From Octopus bimaculoides (taxonomy: Eukaryota), in NCBI RefSeq assembly GCF_001194135.2, contig NC_068995.1, positions 4,193,804-4,257,803 of the forward strand: 64,000 nt of DNA, in the 5' to 3' direction. Under the pieces are notes generated by a model. That model was given only the letters and a program-made list of their open reading frames with translations, did not search any database and was not told the DNA's origin. Shown here one piece after another: positions 52,473-63,345 of this stretch. The stretch's first letter is position 1. The number at the start of each line of letters is the position of its first letter. The position numbers were made by a program, and so were the translations under genes.

Positions 52473-53796
52473 CAGGAATGTGTGGGTGTGTGTATTTACT
52501 TGTGTACTTGATTTAATTGCGATTTATACCCTGAACGAATAACATATTTAGGTGTTGGTTTTTAGCTCAGTTGACTTTGTATAGGGATTTATTATTGAAG
52601 AACATAACTTCCTGGTATTAGACTCTTCATGCCTTGAAGCAGTTATCCATGTATTCTGTACAATTAGTGGATGACTGCTTCTCTTTTAATTTAAATCCCA
52701 CCAAGGTTAACTTTGATTAGTTTTGTTTTTTTACCGTCATCGATCTAGTATTTCGGGAAAGAACGTTGGATTATAAAGCCCAAAGCTAACGTTGGAGGTG
52801 AGGTTTCATTTCAAAGAGCGATGCAATGCTGTTTATTGATCTTTTATTTTTCTTAGTTTTACGAAACATCATGCACTCAGCGATTCATTAAGAAATTCGT
52901 ATTTGTTAAATTAGCATTTGCAATTATTTTAAAACGAAGCTTAATGAAGAGTAGTACAAGGTTCTTTTTGACAAATAACTAAAGAATAATTATCTCGTTG
53001 GTGTGAATTTACTAAACCATTGTCTCGGTATGTACCAGCGTTATGGTCGACGAAAGTGTGTTTTAGGAAGTTAGTATATAGAAACCGAGCATACGGTATA
53101 AGCCAACGCAGTCTTAGAGACCCGCATCGTGCTCAGAATTTGTACCCAAGTCAAGACAGAACTGAATTGGAGGGTTTTGCGTCTTTGCAGAGTCAGCTCT
53201 AGTTTTAATTGTCTATAAGGACAAATTTACATATGAGATCGAAAACCTTAACTGTCTGGGATCATGTTATTACAAAGAAAAATATACATTATGAACTTGG
53301 GTATTTTAGCCCTAGCCTTTCTTAATCTTCAGCAGCCATGCCTTCTAAAGTCAACCACGCGTTACCTAGTCAAATTATTCGGTCTTAGTAGACACATTAC
53401 ATGTGATCTTCTTCTAGCATATTAACAGTCCACCTAGTCGTCTCCTTTTTATATATATTTATATATACATATACAATAAACCTGTGAGATCTCAGATATT
53501 TTTTCTGAATATCCTTGATTCTTTTAATGTGCTTGTTCCCTGGTATTAAATTGATGTTAATTAATATCCAATTTTTTACCCTATTGTTTTAATTTAATAT
53601 ATATATATATATATATACACATACATATCCATATATATATATATATATACATATCCGTTTACATATTTGTTTTGCAAAANNNNNNNNNNNNNNNNNNNNN
53701 NNNNNNNNNNNNNNNNNNNNNNNNNNNNNNNNNNNNNNNNNNNNNNNNNNNNNNNNNNNNNNNNNNNNNNNNNNNNNNNNNNNNNNNNNNNNNNNN

Positions 53797-53858
<62 letters not shown>

Positions 53859-54615
53859 CGTGTGTGTGTGTATGTATGTATGTGTGTATGCATATGCATA
53901 TATAAATATATACATATTCGTATGTGTTTGTATTTCTTTGCGCCCCTGTATTTTCATGTTGTTTGTTCGTGCTTCTACATTTTATAACGTATGTTGTGTT
54001 AAATAGTATCCACCATTTGAAATGCGATATTCATCGTATCTTCTCTGTACAGATAGCAATTTAGCCACAATTTGATACCTCTACGATTAATAAATATACA
54101 GGAATAGAGACTGTTTTGAATATCTTGGAGCATATTTTAAGAATATTATCGATTTCGTGACAAGTAATTTATAACCTTACCGAAAACACAAGACAATAAA
54201 CAGTTCAAAATTTATTCTTAATGAGATATGCTTGTATATCAATTTACACATTAGGGGGCATTTCATATGCTAATAATACACTACCTTAGCAATGGCGGGT
54301 ATGTGCTTGTGTGTGTGTATGTGTGTGTGTGTGTATACAGTTGGTAAAGCTTCGAGTATTCGAATAAAAATTTATTAAAAATTATGAAAAATTACACTTC
54401 GTTGCGGCAACGTGAAGATGTTGGAAGAAATAATATATTTGTTGTTCATACCTATATGTTTGTTGTTGTTACTGATGTTGTTGTTACCGACGTTGGTATA
54501 ATATTTGTTGCTGATGTTTCTATTGCTGTTGATATCTTTATTGCTATTACTGTTGTTGTTTTTATTTGTTGTAGTTATAACTGCTGTGGTACGTTTTTTG
54601 TCGCTATTTCTTTTG

Positions 54616-55133
54616 TGGCAGAAACCTTAGCACGCCGGGAAATGCTTAGCGGTAATGCTTTGCCTTTCATCCTTTCGGGGTCGAGATATTAAGTACCAGC
54701 TGCGTACTGGGGTCGATCTAATCGACTGGCCCTCGTCTCCAATATTTCGGGCCTTGTGCCTAGAGTAGAAAAGAAACGTTAGCACGCCGGGCGAAATGCT
54801 TAGCAGTATTTCGTCTGTCTTTACGTTCTGAGTTCAAATTCCACCGAAGTCGACTTTGCCTTTCTTCGTTTCGGGTTCGATAAAATAAGTACCAGTTGCG
54901 TACTGGTGTCGATCTAATTGACTAGCCCCCTCCTCCAAAAAGTTTCGGGCCTTATGCCTACAATAGATAAGAATATAAAATATATCCCTTGGGCGGTGAG
55001 TTGGCAGAAACGTTAGCTCGTCGGGCGAAATGCTTAGCGGTATTTCGTCTGTCTTTACGTTTTGAGTTCAATTTCCACCGAAGTCGACCTTGCATTTCAT
55101 CCTTTCGGGGTCGATGAATTAAGAACCAGTTGT
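54616..55133 (+). mobile_element. SINE family B, head-to-tail trimer
   Basis: Units lie at ~54616-54773 (internal deletion removes the B box), 54772-54974 and 54991-55133 (3'-truncated), and share long near-identical blocks. Confidence 0.92.
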
Positions 55134-55441
55134 GTCAACAAAATCCGCGTGGCCACGCTTTGATCATAACACAGATTGAAAAGAAAAGTCCACCTGGGGT
55201 TAAACCGCGACCAAAACGTAGTTACATATCAGTTTGAACATTAGAAACCAATTATCTTAGGTTATCGAGTAGGTGGAGCAAAACAAATAAAATAAAACGC
55301 AAACAAAGAGCCTCATTAGTTAGCTGCATATGGAAGAAGGAATTCAAGAAGAGAATTTACTAAAGGGAATTTGCTTAAATTCTTCATATTCTCAGAACAT
55401 TACAAAAGAAAAATTCCCTTTTTTTTCTTTTACTGGATGGC

Positions 55442-55503
<62 letters not shown>

Positions 55504-55887
55504 AAGTCAAACAGAAATAGGCAATAGAGAAGGCAGATCGCAACATGCTATATAGTTTGTCTCTCNNNNNNNNNNNNNNNNNNNNNNNNNNNNNNNNNNN
55601 NNNNNNNNNNNNNNNNNNNNNNNNNNNNNNNNNNNNNNNNNNNNNNNNNNNNNNNNNNNNNNNNNTATATATATGTGTGTGTGTGTGAACATATACAAAT
55701 GCATACACACATATACACGCATACACAGACGCACACACACAAACACATGTATTTATAATTGATTTGAATTGTTGTCGAAAGATCCAGTAGTGTTAGCTTA
55801 TCGCTTCGCTTTAAGAAATACACGTCGTAACCAGATGACAAAGAATGGGAAATACGCCAAATTAACAACAACAACAACAACAACAAC

Positions 55888-55920
<33 letters not shown>

Positions 55921-56404
55921 TCACGCACGTGCGGGTAAAAATTAGGAAATGGGGCGTGTTTGTATGTTGCAAATAAAATGTTAACTATTAAGATCTCAGA
56001 CTACTAACTTGCAAAACGAGAAACGCAACCAAATTTTTAACGTGTCAAAAACTTCGATATTTTTTGCTGGTGATTTTTGTTGTTGTTTTTTATCCGCCCT
56101 TTTTTTCTTTCTTCTTGCTACTGCAATTCTTCACTTCTCTTTACACTACATACAAAGGTAGGTTTTACAACAGAGTCTGTAATGAGAAGAAATATTTCGC
56201 TGATTGAGTCTGAGAGATATTTCGCTGATTGAGAACTGGCATTTAATTTGCCCTTGTATGTTTGAAACCACGTGCATCCACGTTCAATCCCCACGTTTGT
56301 GCGACACATTGGAAAAAATTATAATTCGTCTTATAAACGAGCCAACCTCTGAACAGAAAAATAGTGGCCCTACGTCGGTTACGGCGACGTGTGTTCCAGT
56401 TCAT

Positions 56405-56560
56405 TCTTATACTTGTTTCAGTCATTTGACTGCGACCATGCTGGATCACTGCCTTTAGTGAAAGAAATCGACCCCAGGACTCATTCTTTGTAAGCCTAAA
56501 ACTTATTCTATCGGTGGTCATGCGATGGTGGGACAAGTACACACACCATGGGACAAGCAC
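56405..56560 (-). mobile_element. SINE family A, 3' half with an internal deletion
   Basis: It runs ACTTGTTTCAGTCATTTGACTGCGACCATGCTGG...ATCGACCCCAGGACTCATTCTTTGTAAGCC...GCGATGGTGGGACAA. Confidence 0.85.
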
Positions 56561-56578
56561 ATACAAATACATACACAT

Positions 56579-56617
<39 letters not shown>

Positions 56618-58324
56618 NNNNNNNNNNNNNNNNNNNNNNNNNNNNNNNNNNNNNNNNNNNNNNNNNNNNNNNNNNNNNNNNNNNNNNNNNNNNNNNNNNN
56701 NNNNNNNNNNNNNNNNNNNNNNNNNNNNNNNNNNNNNNNNNNNNNNNNNNNNNNNNNNNNNNNNNNNNNNNNNNNNNNNNNNNNNNNNNNNNNNNNNNNN
56801 NNNNNNNNNNNNNNNNNNNNNNNNNNNNNNNNNNNNNNNNNNNNNNNNNNNNNNNNNNNNNNNNNNNNNNNNNNNNNNNNNNNNNNNNNNNNNNNNNNNN
56901 NNNNNNNNNNNNNNNNNNNNNNNNNNNNNNNNNNNNNNNNNNNNNNNNNNNNNNNNNNNNNNNNNNNNNNNNNNNNNNNNNNNNNNNNNNNNNNNNNNNN
57001 NNNNNNNNNNNNNNNNNNNNNNNNNNNNNNNNNNNNNNNNNNNNNNNNNNNNNNNNNNNNNNNNNNNNNNNNNNNNNNNNNNNNNNNNNNNNNNNNNNNN
57101 NNNNNNNNNNNNNNNNNNNNNNNNNNNNNNNNNNNNNNNNNNNNNNNNNNNNNNNNNNNNNNNNNNNNNNNNNNNNNNNNNNNNNNNNNNNNNNNNNNNN
57201 NNNNNNNNNNNNNNNNNNNNNNNNNNNNNNNNNNNNNNNNNNNNNNNNNNNNNNNNNNNNNNNNNNNNNNNNNNNNNNNNNNNNNNNNNNNNNNNNNNNN
57301 NNNNNNNNNNNNNNNNNNNNNNNNNNNNNNNNNNNNNNNNNNNNNNNNNNNNNNNNNNNNNNNNNNNNNNNNNNNNNNNNNNNNNNNNNNNNNNNNNNNN
57401 NNNNNNNNNNNNNNNNNNNNNNNNNNNNNNNNNNNNNNNNNNNNNNNNNNNNNNNNNNNNNNNNNNNNNNNNNNNNNNNNNNNNNNNNNNNNNNNNNAAT
57501 TTTTCAGGTTTCCCTATTGTTACAGCTTTCACGGAAAAAGATTGTTTTGTTGTTTAACTTTGTTGTGTTCAGCCATTATTATTACCGTAATTTCGAAGTG
57601 ACATCCTGCCAATTATAATTAAACAAATTCATTCTTGTTTATTATTATTTTCTCTTTCTATTTATTCTTCTTATTATTTATTTATAAGTGCATTCATTCG
57701 ATTTAAGTATATTCATTTCATAATATACTTGTTTATTTATAAATGTATTTATTTCGATTTAATTTTATTTCCTGATAAGTGTACATATTTCTTTGTAAAT
57801 CTACTTATTCAGTTAGAATTATAACTATTTCGTTTTAAGTTTACTTATTGCATGATAATAAATGCATGTATTTTTTTAAAAGTGTACATCTACGTTGTGA
57901 ACTCATTTCCCTGGAATACTAGATATTTCATTATAGGTTTACTTCTGTTCTTAGTGTATTTATTTCCTTATAAGTGTACCATAGCGTTATAAATGTACAT
58001 TTTTGTAAGTGTATTTACATTGCTATAAATGTATATATTTGATTATATACACTGGTATTTAATTATAATTGAGCTAATTCGTTATATCTAATTTCGTTAT
58101 GTAAGTACTTATTTATTCATACATATATATCATTACTATTATGTTAAACTGGTGTATGTCCAAATTGCCTACATGCGATTTCCTTCTGTATGTATTTTTG
58201 CTTACAATAGCTGGTTCTTTTGGTTAAACTATCGTATCTCCAACTGCTTTATTTAATTTTTGAGAGCGATCGGGTTCATTTTTAGTATTCTCGTTTGTGA
58301 GAGCAGTCGAGTTTATTTCAGTGA

Positions 58325-58476
58325 CGTCACAATTCATTTCTACAGTTGAGTGAACTGGAGCAACGTGAAATAAAGTGTGTTGCTCAAGAACACAACATGC
58401 AGCCTGGTCCGAGATTCGAACTCACAACCTCATGATCGTAAGCTCGATGCTCTAACCACTGAGCTATTCGCCTTCA
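58325..58476 (-). mobile_element. SINE family C, 5' part with well-preserved Pol III boxes
   Basis: The minus strand reads GGCGAATAGCTCAGTGGTTAGAGCATC...GTGAGTTCGAATCTCGG followed by GTGTTCTTGAGCAACACACTTTATTTCACGTTGCTCCAG. Confidence 0.88.
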
Positions 58477-58920
58477 TATATATNNNNNNNNNNNNNNNNN
58501 NNNNNNNNNNNNNNNNNNNNNNNNNNNNNNNNNNNNNNNNNNNNNNNNNNNNNNNNNNNNNNNNNNNNNNNNNNNNNNNNNNNNNNNNNNNNNNNNNNNN
58601 NNNNNNNNNNNNNNNNNNNNNNNNNNNNNNNNNNNNNNNNNNNNNNNNNNNNNNNNNNNNNNNNNNNNNNNNNNNNNNNNNNNNNNNNNNNNNNNNNNNN
58701 NNNNNNNNNNNNNNNNNNNNNNNNNNNNNNNNNNNNNNNNNNNNNNNNNNNNNNNNNNNNNNNNNNNNNNNNNNNNNNNNNNNNNNNNNNNNNNNNNNNN
58801 NNNNNNNNNNNNNNNNNNNNNNNNNNNNNNNNNNNNNNNNNNNNNNNNNNNNNNNNNNNNNNNNNNNNNNNNNNNNNNNNNNNNNNNNNNNNNNNNNNNN
58901 NNNNNNNNNNNNNNNNNNNT

Positions 58921-58963
<43 letters not shown>

Positions 58964-59384
58964 GGAGACAGACAGACAGACAGCGAGCGAGAGGGACAGA
59001 GAGAAAGAGAGAGATAGGTTACAATTGCATTAAGTTGAAGAGCATTTTGTGAGTGGTTTACATTTGCAGAATTTTCGGCCAGCAATATTATTGTTATTCG
59101 AAATTATCGAATATTCCATAAAGACTTGGTTGGAAGCACTTAGCTTGACATTAGTATGACCAGTAAAATCCATTGTTAAATTGACTCGTTTGAATGACGC
59201 CTGTCACAATTTCAACAGACAATACCTGGATGTGTCTTTAGCTACAGAAATAATATTTAAATTGAGTGAGTTCACGGAAACAAATGTTCATAGAGACACT
59301 TCGTGTGGTTTTAAGTTTTATTGCTGAATTAAGCTGTCGGCCATGTTAGCAGCAGTTTAACAACAGCAACAGAAATGCTCATAG

Positions 59385-59502
59385 TCGTAGTGGTGGTGGT
59401 GGTGGTGGTGGTCGTCGTCGTCGTCGTCCATCACAGCTTTCATGTTCGTCGTCAGACATATTCATCATCGTTGTCATTGTTATCATCGATTTCATTAATA
59501 AT

Positions 59503-59539
<37 letters not shown>

Positions 59540-60090
59540 CCATCAATATCATCATCATTATCATCATCATTATCCTCATCGGTATTACTACCACCGTGGT
59601 CTTCGTCATCATCATCATCATCGTATCGTCGTCGTCATCATCATCATCATCATCATCATATTCGTCATCGTCATCGTCGTCGTCATCATAATGATCATCA
59701 TCATCATCATCATTCTCGTAAACATCGCAGTCGCCACCATTACCAACGCTGCCATCAAAACCACCACCACAACCCTCCTCTTTCACTTCCTTGTCTTCTT
59801 CCTCCTCCTCCACTTCCTCACCTTTCTGTTTCTCCCCTTCCTCCTGCACCTTCTCCTCACTTTTCTCTTTCTCTCCTTCCTCCTCCTTTTCCTCCTCCTC
59901 TTCTTCATTTTTCTCTTTATCTCCTTCCTCTCCTTCTCCCCCTCCTCCTCCTCACCTTTCTCATTCTCTCCTCCTCCTCCTCCTCCTCCTCCTCCTACTT
60001 CTCACCATCATCATCATTATCACCGCCACAGCCGTCGTCGCTGCCACGATTATTGCAGCCTACCGCCACTACCACCACTACAGCTCTCAG
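59385..60090. repeat. GC-richer trinucleotide mosaic (GTG, GTC, CAT, CCT, CAC)
   Basis: Directly visible. It yields long stop-free frames with homopolymeric amino-acid runs on both strands. Confidence 0.9.
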
Positions 60091-60116
60091 CATTTCACGT
60101 CAATCTGCAGAAGATG

Positions 60117-60476
60117 GATTATACGAAAATCTATTATTAATCACGACAATTGTTTCGACAGATCTAGCATCGATTCCTCGTAATACTTTTTTCGCTGGAT
60201 AGCGTGTTCGTTTCTCTTTGTACCATCTTTGATTTTGTTTTTGATCTTGTATATAAATGAAGATACTTCCACCGTCTGGCTGCTTTTCTCTCTATAAAAC
60301 GGGAAGTTACATTGCGGAACAGTTATTTTAACGAGATGTTTTTATTTATCACCCGAGGAGATACATCTGCACCACCGGATGCTCCTGAACCAGTTATTGA
60401 GTGTCCTAGCCATGAAGAATCGATGCTAGATGTGTCGAAATAATTCTCGCGATTAATAATAAATTCTCGTAAATTC
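60117..60476. mobile_element. MITE-like element with 63-bp terminal inverted repeats
   Basis: Arms 60117-60179 and 60414-60476 match at 54/63 as reverse complements, with a 234-bp spacer. No clear TSD is visible. Confidence 0.75.
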
Positions 60477-61491
60477 AATCTTCCGTCTTTCATTTGCCAT
60501 ATACATAATGATCACTGTGAGAGCAAACGTGCTTTACCGGTAAGTTCCTAGAAATTAAAGTAGGAGCATATCGTTTTACATCGTTTTACACTTTTGAATC
60601 AGTCGAAAGTTAAAAACGTGACACGTGAACCGATAGTTTCTTTCTTGACACTGATCAGATTTTCGCTCTGATAAGAACCATGTACGAAACGTTTGATCCC
60701 TGTGTCAAATTTTGTAATTTTCCGGCGATTAAAAAATTAAATTTGTATGCATTTCAGTATATAGCCTGACTTGTGCTAAACTTACAGCGTCTCTATATTA
60801 GTAACAAGGTTGGTTTGTTTGTGAGTATATATATATATATATGTATATGTATATATATATATATGTATACATATATATATATATATATATNNNNNNNNNN
60901 NNNNNNNNNNNNNNNNNNNNNNNNNNNNNNNNNNNNNNNNNNNNNNNNNNNNNNNNNNNNNNNNNNNNNNNNNNNNNNNNNNNNNNNNNNNNNNNNNNNN
61001 NNNNNNNNNNNNNNNNNNNNNNNNNNNNNNNNNNNNNNNNNNNNNNNNNNNNNNNNNNNNNNNNNNNNNNNNNNNNNNNNNNNNNNNNNNNNNNNNNNNN
61101 NNNNNNNNNNNNNNNNNNNNNNNNNNNNNNNNNNNNNNNNNNNNNNNNNNNNNNNNNNNNNNNNNNNNNNNNNNNNNNNNNNNNNNNNNNNNNNNNNNNN
61201 NNNNNNNNNNNNNNNNNNNNNNNNNNNNNNNNNNNNNNNNNNNNNNNNNNNNNNNNNNNNNNNNNNNNNNNNNNNNNNNNNNNNNNNNNNNNNNNNNNNN
61301 NNNNNNNNNNNNNNNNNNNNNNNNNNNNNNNNNNNNNNNNNNNNNNNNNNNNNNNNNNNNNNNNNNNNNNNNNNNNNNNNNNNNNNNNNNNNNNNNNNNN
61401 NNNNNNNNNNNNNNNNNNNNNNNNNNNNNNNNNNNNNNNNNNNNNNNTCACTAAATGAAAAATGTTTTTACTGTTGTTACAATCATCTGAA

Positions 61492-61725
61492 ATGGAACTG
61501 TCAAAGCGCGATAATCGAGCAATTTTGCTTTTCAACTTCAAATAAAGACGTAAGGCAGCTGAAACTTCTTGTGATATCAACAACACTTTTGGTGAGAAAA
61601 TGACCAGTGAGTGGTCAGCTCGAAGATGATTTAAACGATTTCGCAGTAGAGACCTGAGCCTTGAAGATCGTGAGTGTAGTGGACGCCCGTCTGTTATCAA
61701 TGACGGTCAATTACAGACTGTGTTC
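61492..61725 (+). pseudogene. Mariner transposase N-terminal HTH remnant (Hsmar1/SETMAR-like pattern)
   Basis: From ATG 61492: MELSKRDNRAILLFNFK*RRKAAETSCDINNTFGEKMTSEWSARR*FKRFRSRDLSLEDRECSGRPSVINDGQLQTV. This matches the mariner RAI.LF.FK.G.KAAET...IN..FG...W.F.KF......LED..RSGRPS pattern, with two in-frame stops and truncation by a SINE. Confidence 0.88.
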
Positions 61726-61769
61726 ACTAATGACACTCCAGAAGTTGAGGGGACTTGGCTACGCCACCC

Positions 61770-61885
61770 AGCTTATTCCCGAGGCTATAGTAGAAGACAC
61801 TTGCGCAAGGTGTCATGCAATGGAACTGAACCCGGAGTCATGTGGTTCGTAACCAAGCTACTTACCACACAGCCACTCCTGCGCC
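61770..61885 (-). mobile_element. SINE family A, 5' part, truncating the mariner remnant
   Basis: It runs CCCGAGGCTATAGTAGAAGACACTTGCGCAAGG...CTTACCACACAGCCAC. Confidence 0.88.
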
Positions 61886-61906
61886 TATATATATTATATA
61901 CATACA

Positions 61907-61942
<36 letters not shown>

Positions 61943-62406
61943 TAGACACCCACACACACAGATGTATATATATATATATAAATTTAGCACGGATGTGTTA
62001 TGTAATAATAAGCTGTTAATATTAGCAATTATGCATAAATATGAAATTTTGTTTAACACTTTAGAAGTGTGAACCCAATGTGATTAGTTATAGACTTCGA
62101 AATCGAATTATGTGTAATTCGTAATCCAAGAGTCTGAACCAACCATTACACGAAAGAATTTCTGCCTCATTTCGTCCACTTATATTACCACTTATAAAGT
62201 GTTACGTTACAAGTGACTCGTTTTTTTGTTGTTGTTTTTGCTTTGAGATCTCTGCAACAGGATGCAATAAAATGTTCCCTTGATGATCCATTGCAATTAG
62301 GCATCAGAATACACTTGAGACATCCGATGCTAAGTTCCAAACAATTACATTTGCGAAACGCACATAGGAACTAAATATTTATACTAATGTTCATCATAAT
62401 AGTTCA

Positions 62407-62479
<73 letters not shown>

Positions 62480-62904
62480 CATCAAAATCATCATTATCAT
62501 CGTCATCATCATTTTAAATCCTTTATTCCGACACATTTTCCTCCGTTTTTTTCCTACTCTCTCCATTTTCCTCTCTCATCCGTCTCTGTCGAAGGACGTA
62601 GGCTCGAAACGTCAACGACATTTCCATTCATACCTAGCGTCAAACTAATATTCTGCTTGCTGTTCGCTCACTTGCCTTTGTTGCTTGTTTCCTGTACATT
62701 TGAACTATACATGGATAGTGCGGCCATCACAGTAATCTCATCTTACAGATCTCAGTCCACACAGTAATCCAATAAAGAGAACAACAAAGTAAAGTGTCCA
62801 TTCAGCCTAAATCCAGAAGATTTGGTCATTGGAATTATTTCATAAGAAGTATATATACATACTAATAATAAAACTCAGGATGTATGAGAGGGAAATATAT
62901 TTAC

Positions 62905-63157
62905 CCGTGTCCGGAAAATTCACCGTAACCATTCTTATCGTGGGAAAATTTGCTGTAGGAAATTTCACCGTAAAGAGGTATACAAGCAAACTATAAAATC
63001 GTTTTAAAGAAATTACCTTTCTTTAATTGGCAGGTAAATTGCTGAAATTTTCAGCTTAAGAAAACAGCTTTTTTTTTCATTTTTTTTGCAATTAAATTTT
63101 TTTATTACTGCGAATTTTTCCGTTGGAAATATGTTTACAAAAAAAATTTCCTACAGC
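62905..63157. mobile_element. Non-autonomous DNA element with subterminal repeat motifs
   Basis: The left end carries GGAAAATTCACCGTAA, GCTGTAGGAAATTT and GGAAATTTCACCGTAA. The right end carries the same motifs inverted (TTACTGCGAATTTTTCC, AAATTTCCTACAGC). Confidence 0.45.
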
Positions 63158-63170
63158 CATATTTATTTAA

Positions 63171-63345
63171 CCACTTGACATCTTTAAGATGACGGCCGTT
63201 TCATAGCGTTTTTCATGTAGTAATAAGTTCAGTGTGGAAGAAATTATGCTAACATGTTTTCATGAATATGTATGATTTCCATACTGAAATTATTACTACA
63301 TGAATAAGCGTGCGAAACGACAGTAATCCTAAGGATTTCAAGTGG
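63171..63345. mobile_element. TTAA-flanked MITE with 69-bp TIRs (piggyBac-like CC termini)
   Basis: The structure is TTAA|CCACTTGACATC...TTTCAAGTGG|TTAA. Arms 63171-63239 and 63277-63345 are clear reverse complements with scattered mismatches, around a 37-bp spacer. Confidence 0.8.

Larger units (their letters stand above)
7166..61447. other. 21 scaffold gaps (N runs, ~11.5 kb in total) scattered across this span
   Basis: Examples are 7166-7992, 9126-9817, 14264-15253, 29398-30338, 46902-47833, 48479-49438 and 56618-57497. 16 of 21 have (TA)n on at least one side, consistent with short-read dropout at long TA arrays. Confidence 0.97.

Noticed and set aside
54616-55133. CRISPR-like or satellite array
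   Set aside because: The units are ~200-bp Pol III SINEs with no repeat-spacer architecture, and the context is eukaryotic with no cas genes.
56189-56238. Short tandem duplication of ATATTTCGCTGATTGAG
   Set aside because: It is an ordinary local duplication with only two copies.
58400-58476. tRNA gene
   Set aside because: D-arm and T-arm motifs are present, but the acceptor and anticodon stems do not pair and the sequence continues into a SINE body.
59375-60202. 275-aa His/Ser/Pro-rich ORF and acidic antisense ORF
   Set aside because: Several frames on both strands are open because of trinucleotide repeats lacking stops. The 3' end runs into a MITE arm and no conserved domain is visible. 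A low-complexity exon cannot be fully excluded without RNA data.
7102-61603. All long ORFs containing X runs (e.g. 14165-15676, 48294-49607, 56243-57532)
   Set aside because: They are open only because N codons are not stops. The flanks are (TA)n, (CA)n or (CT)n translations.
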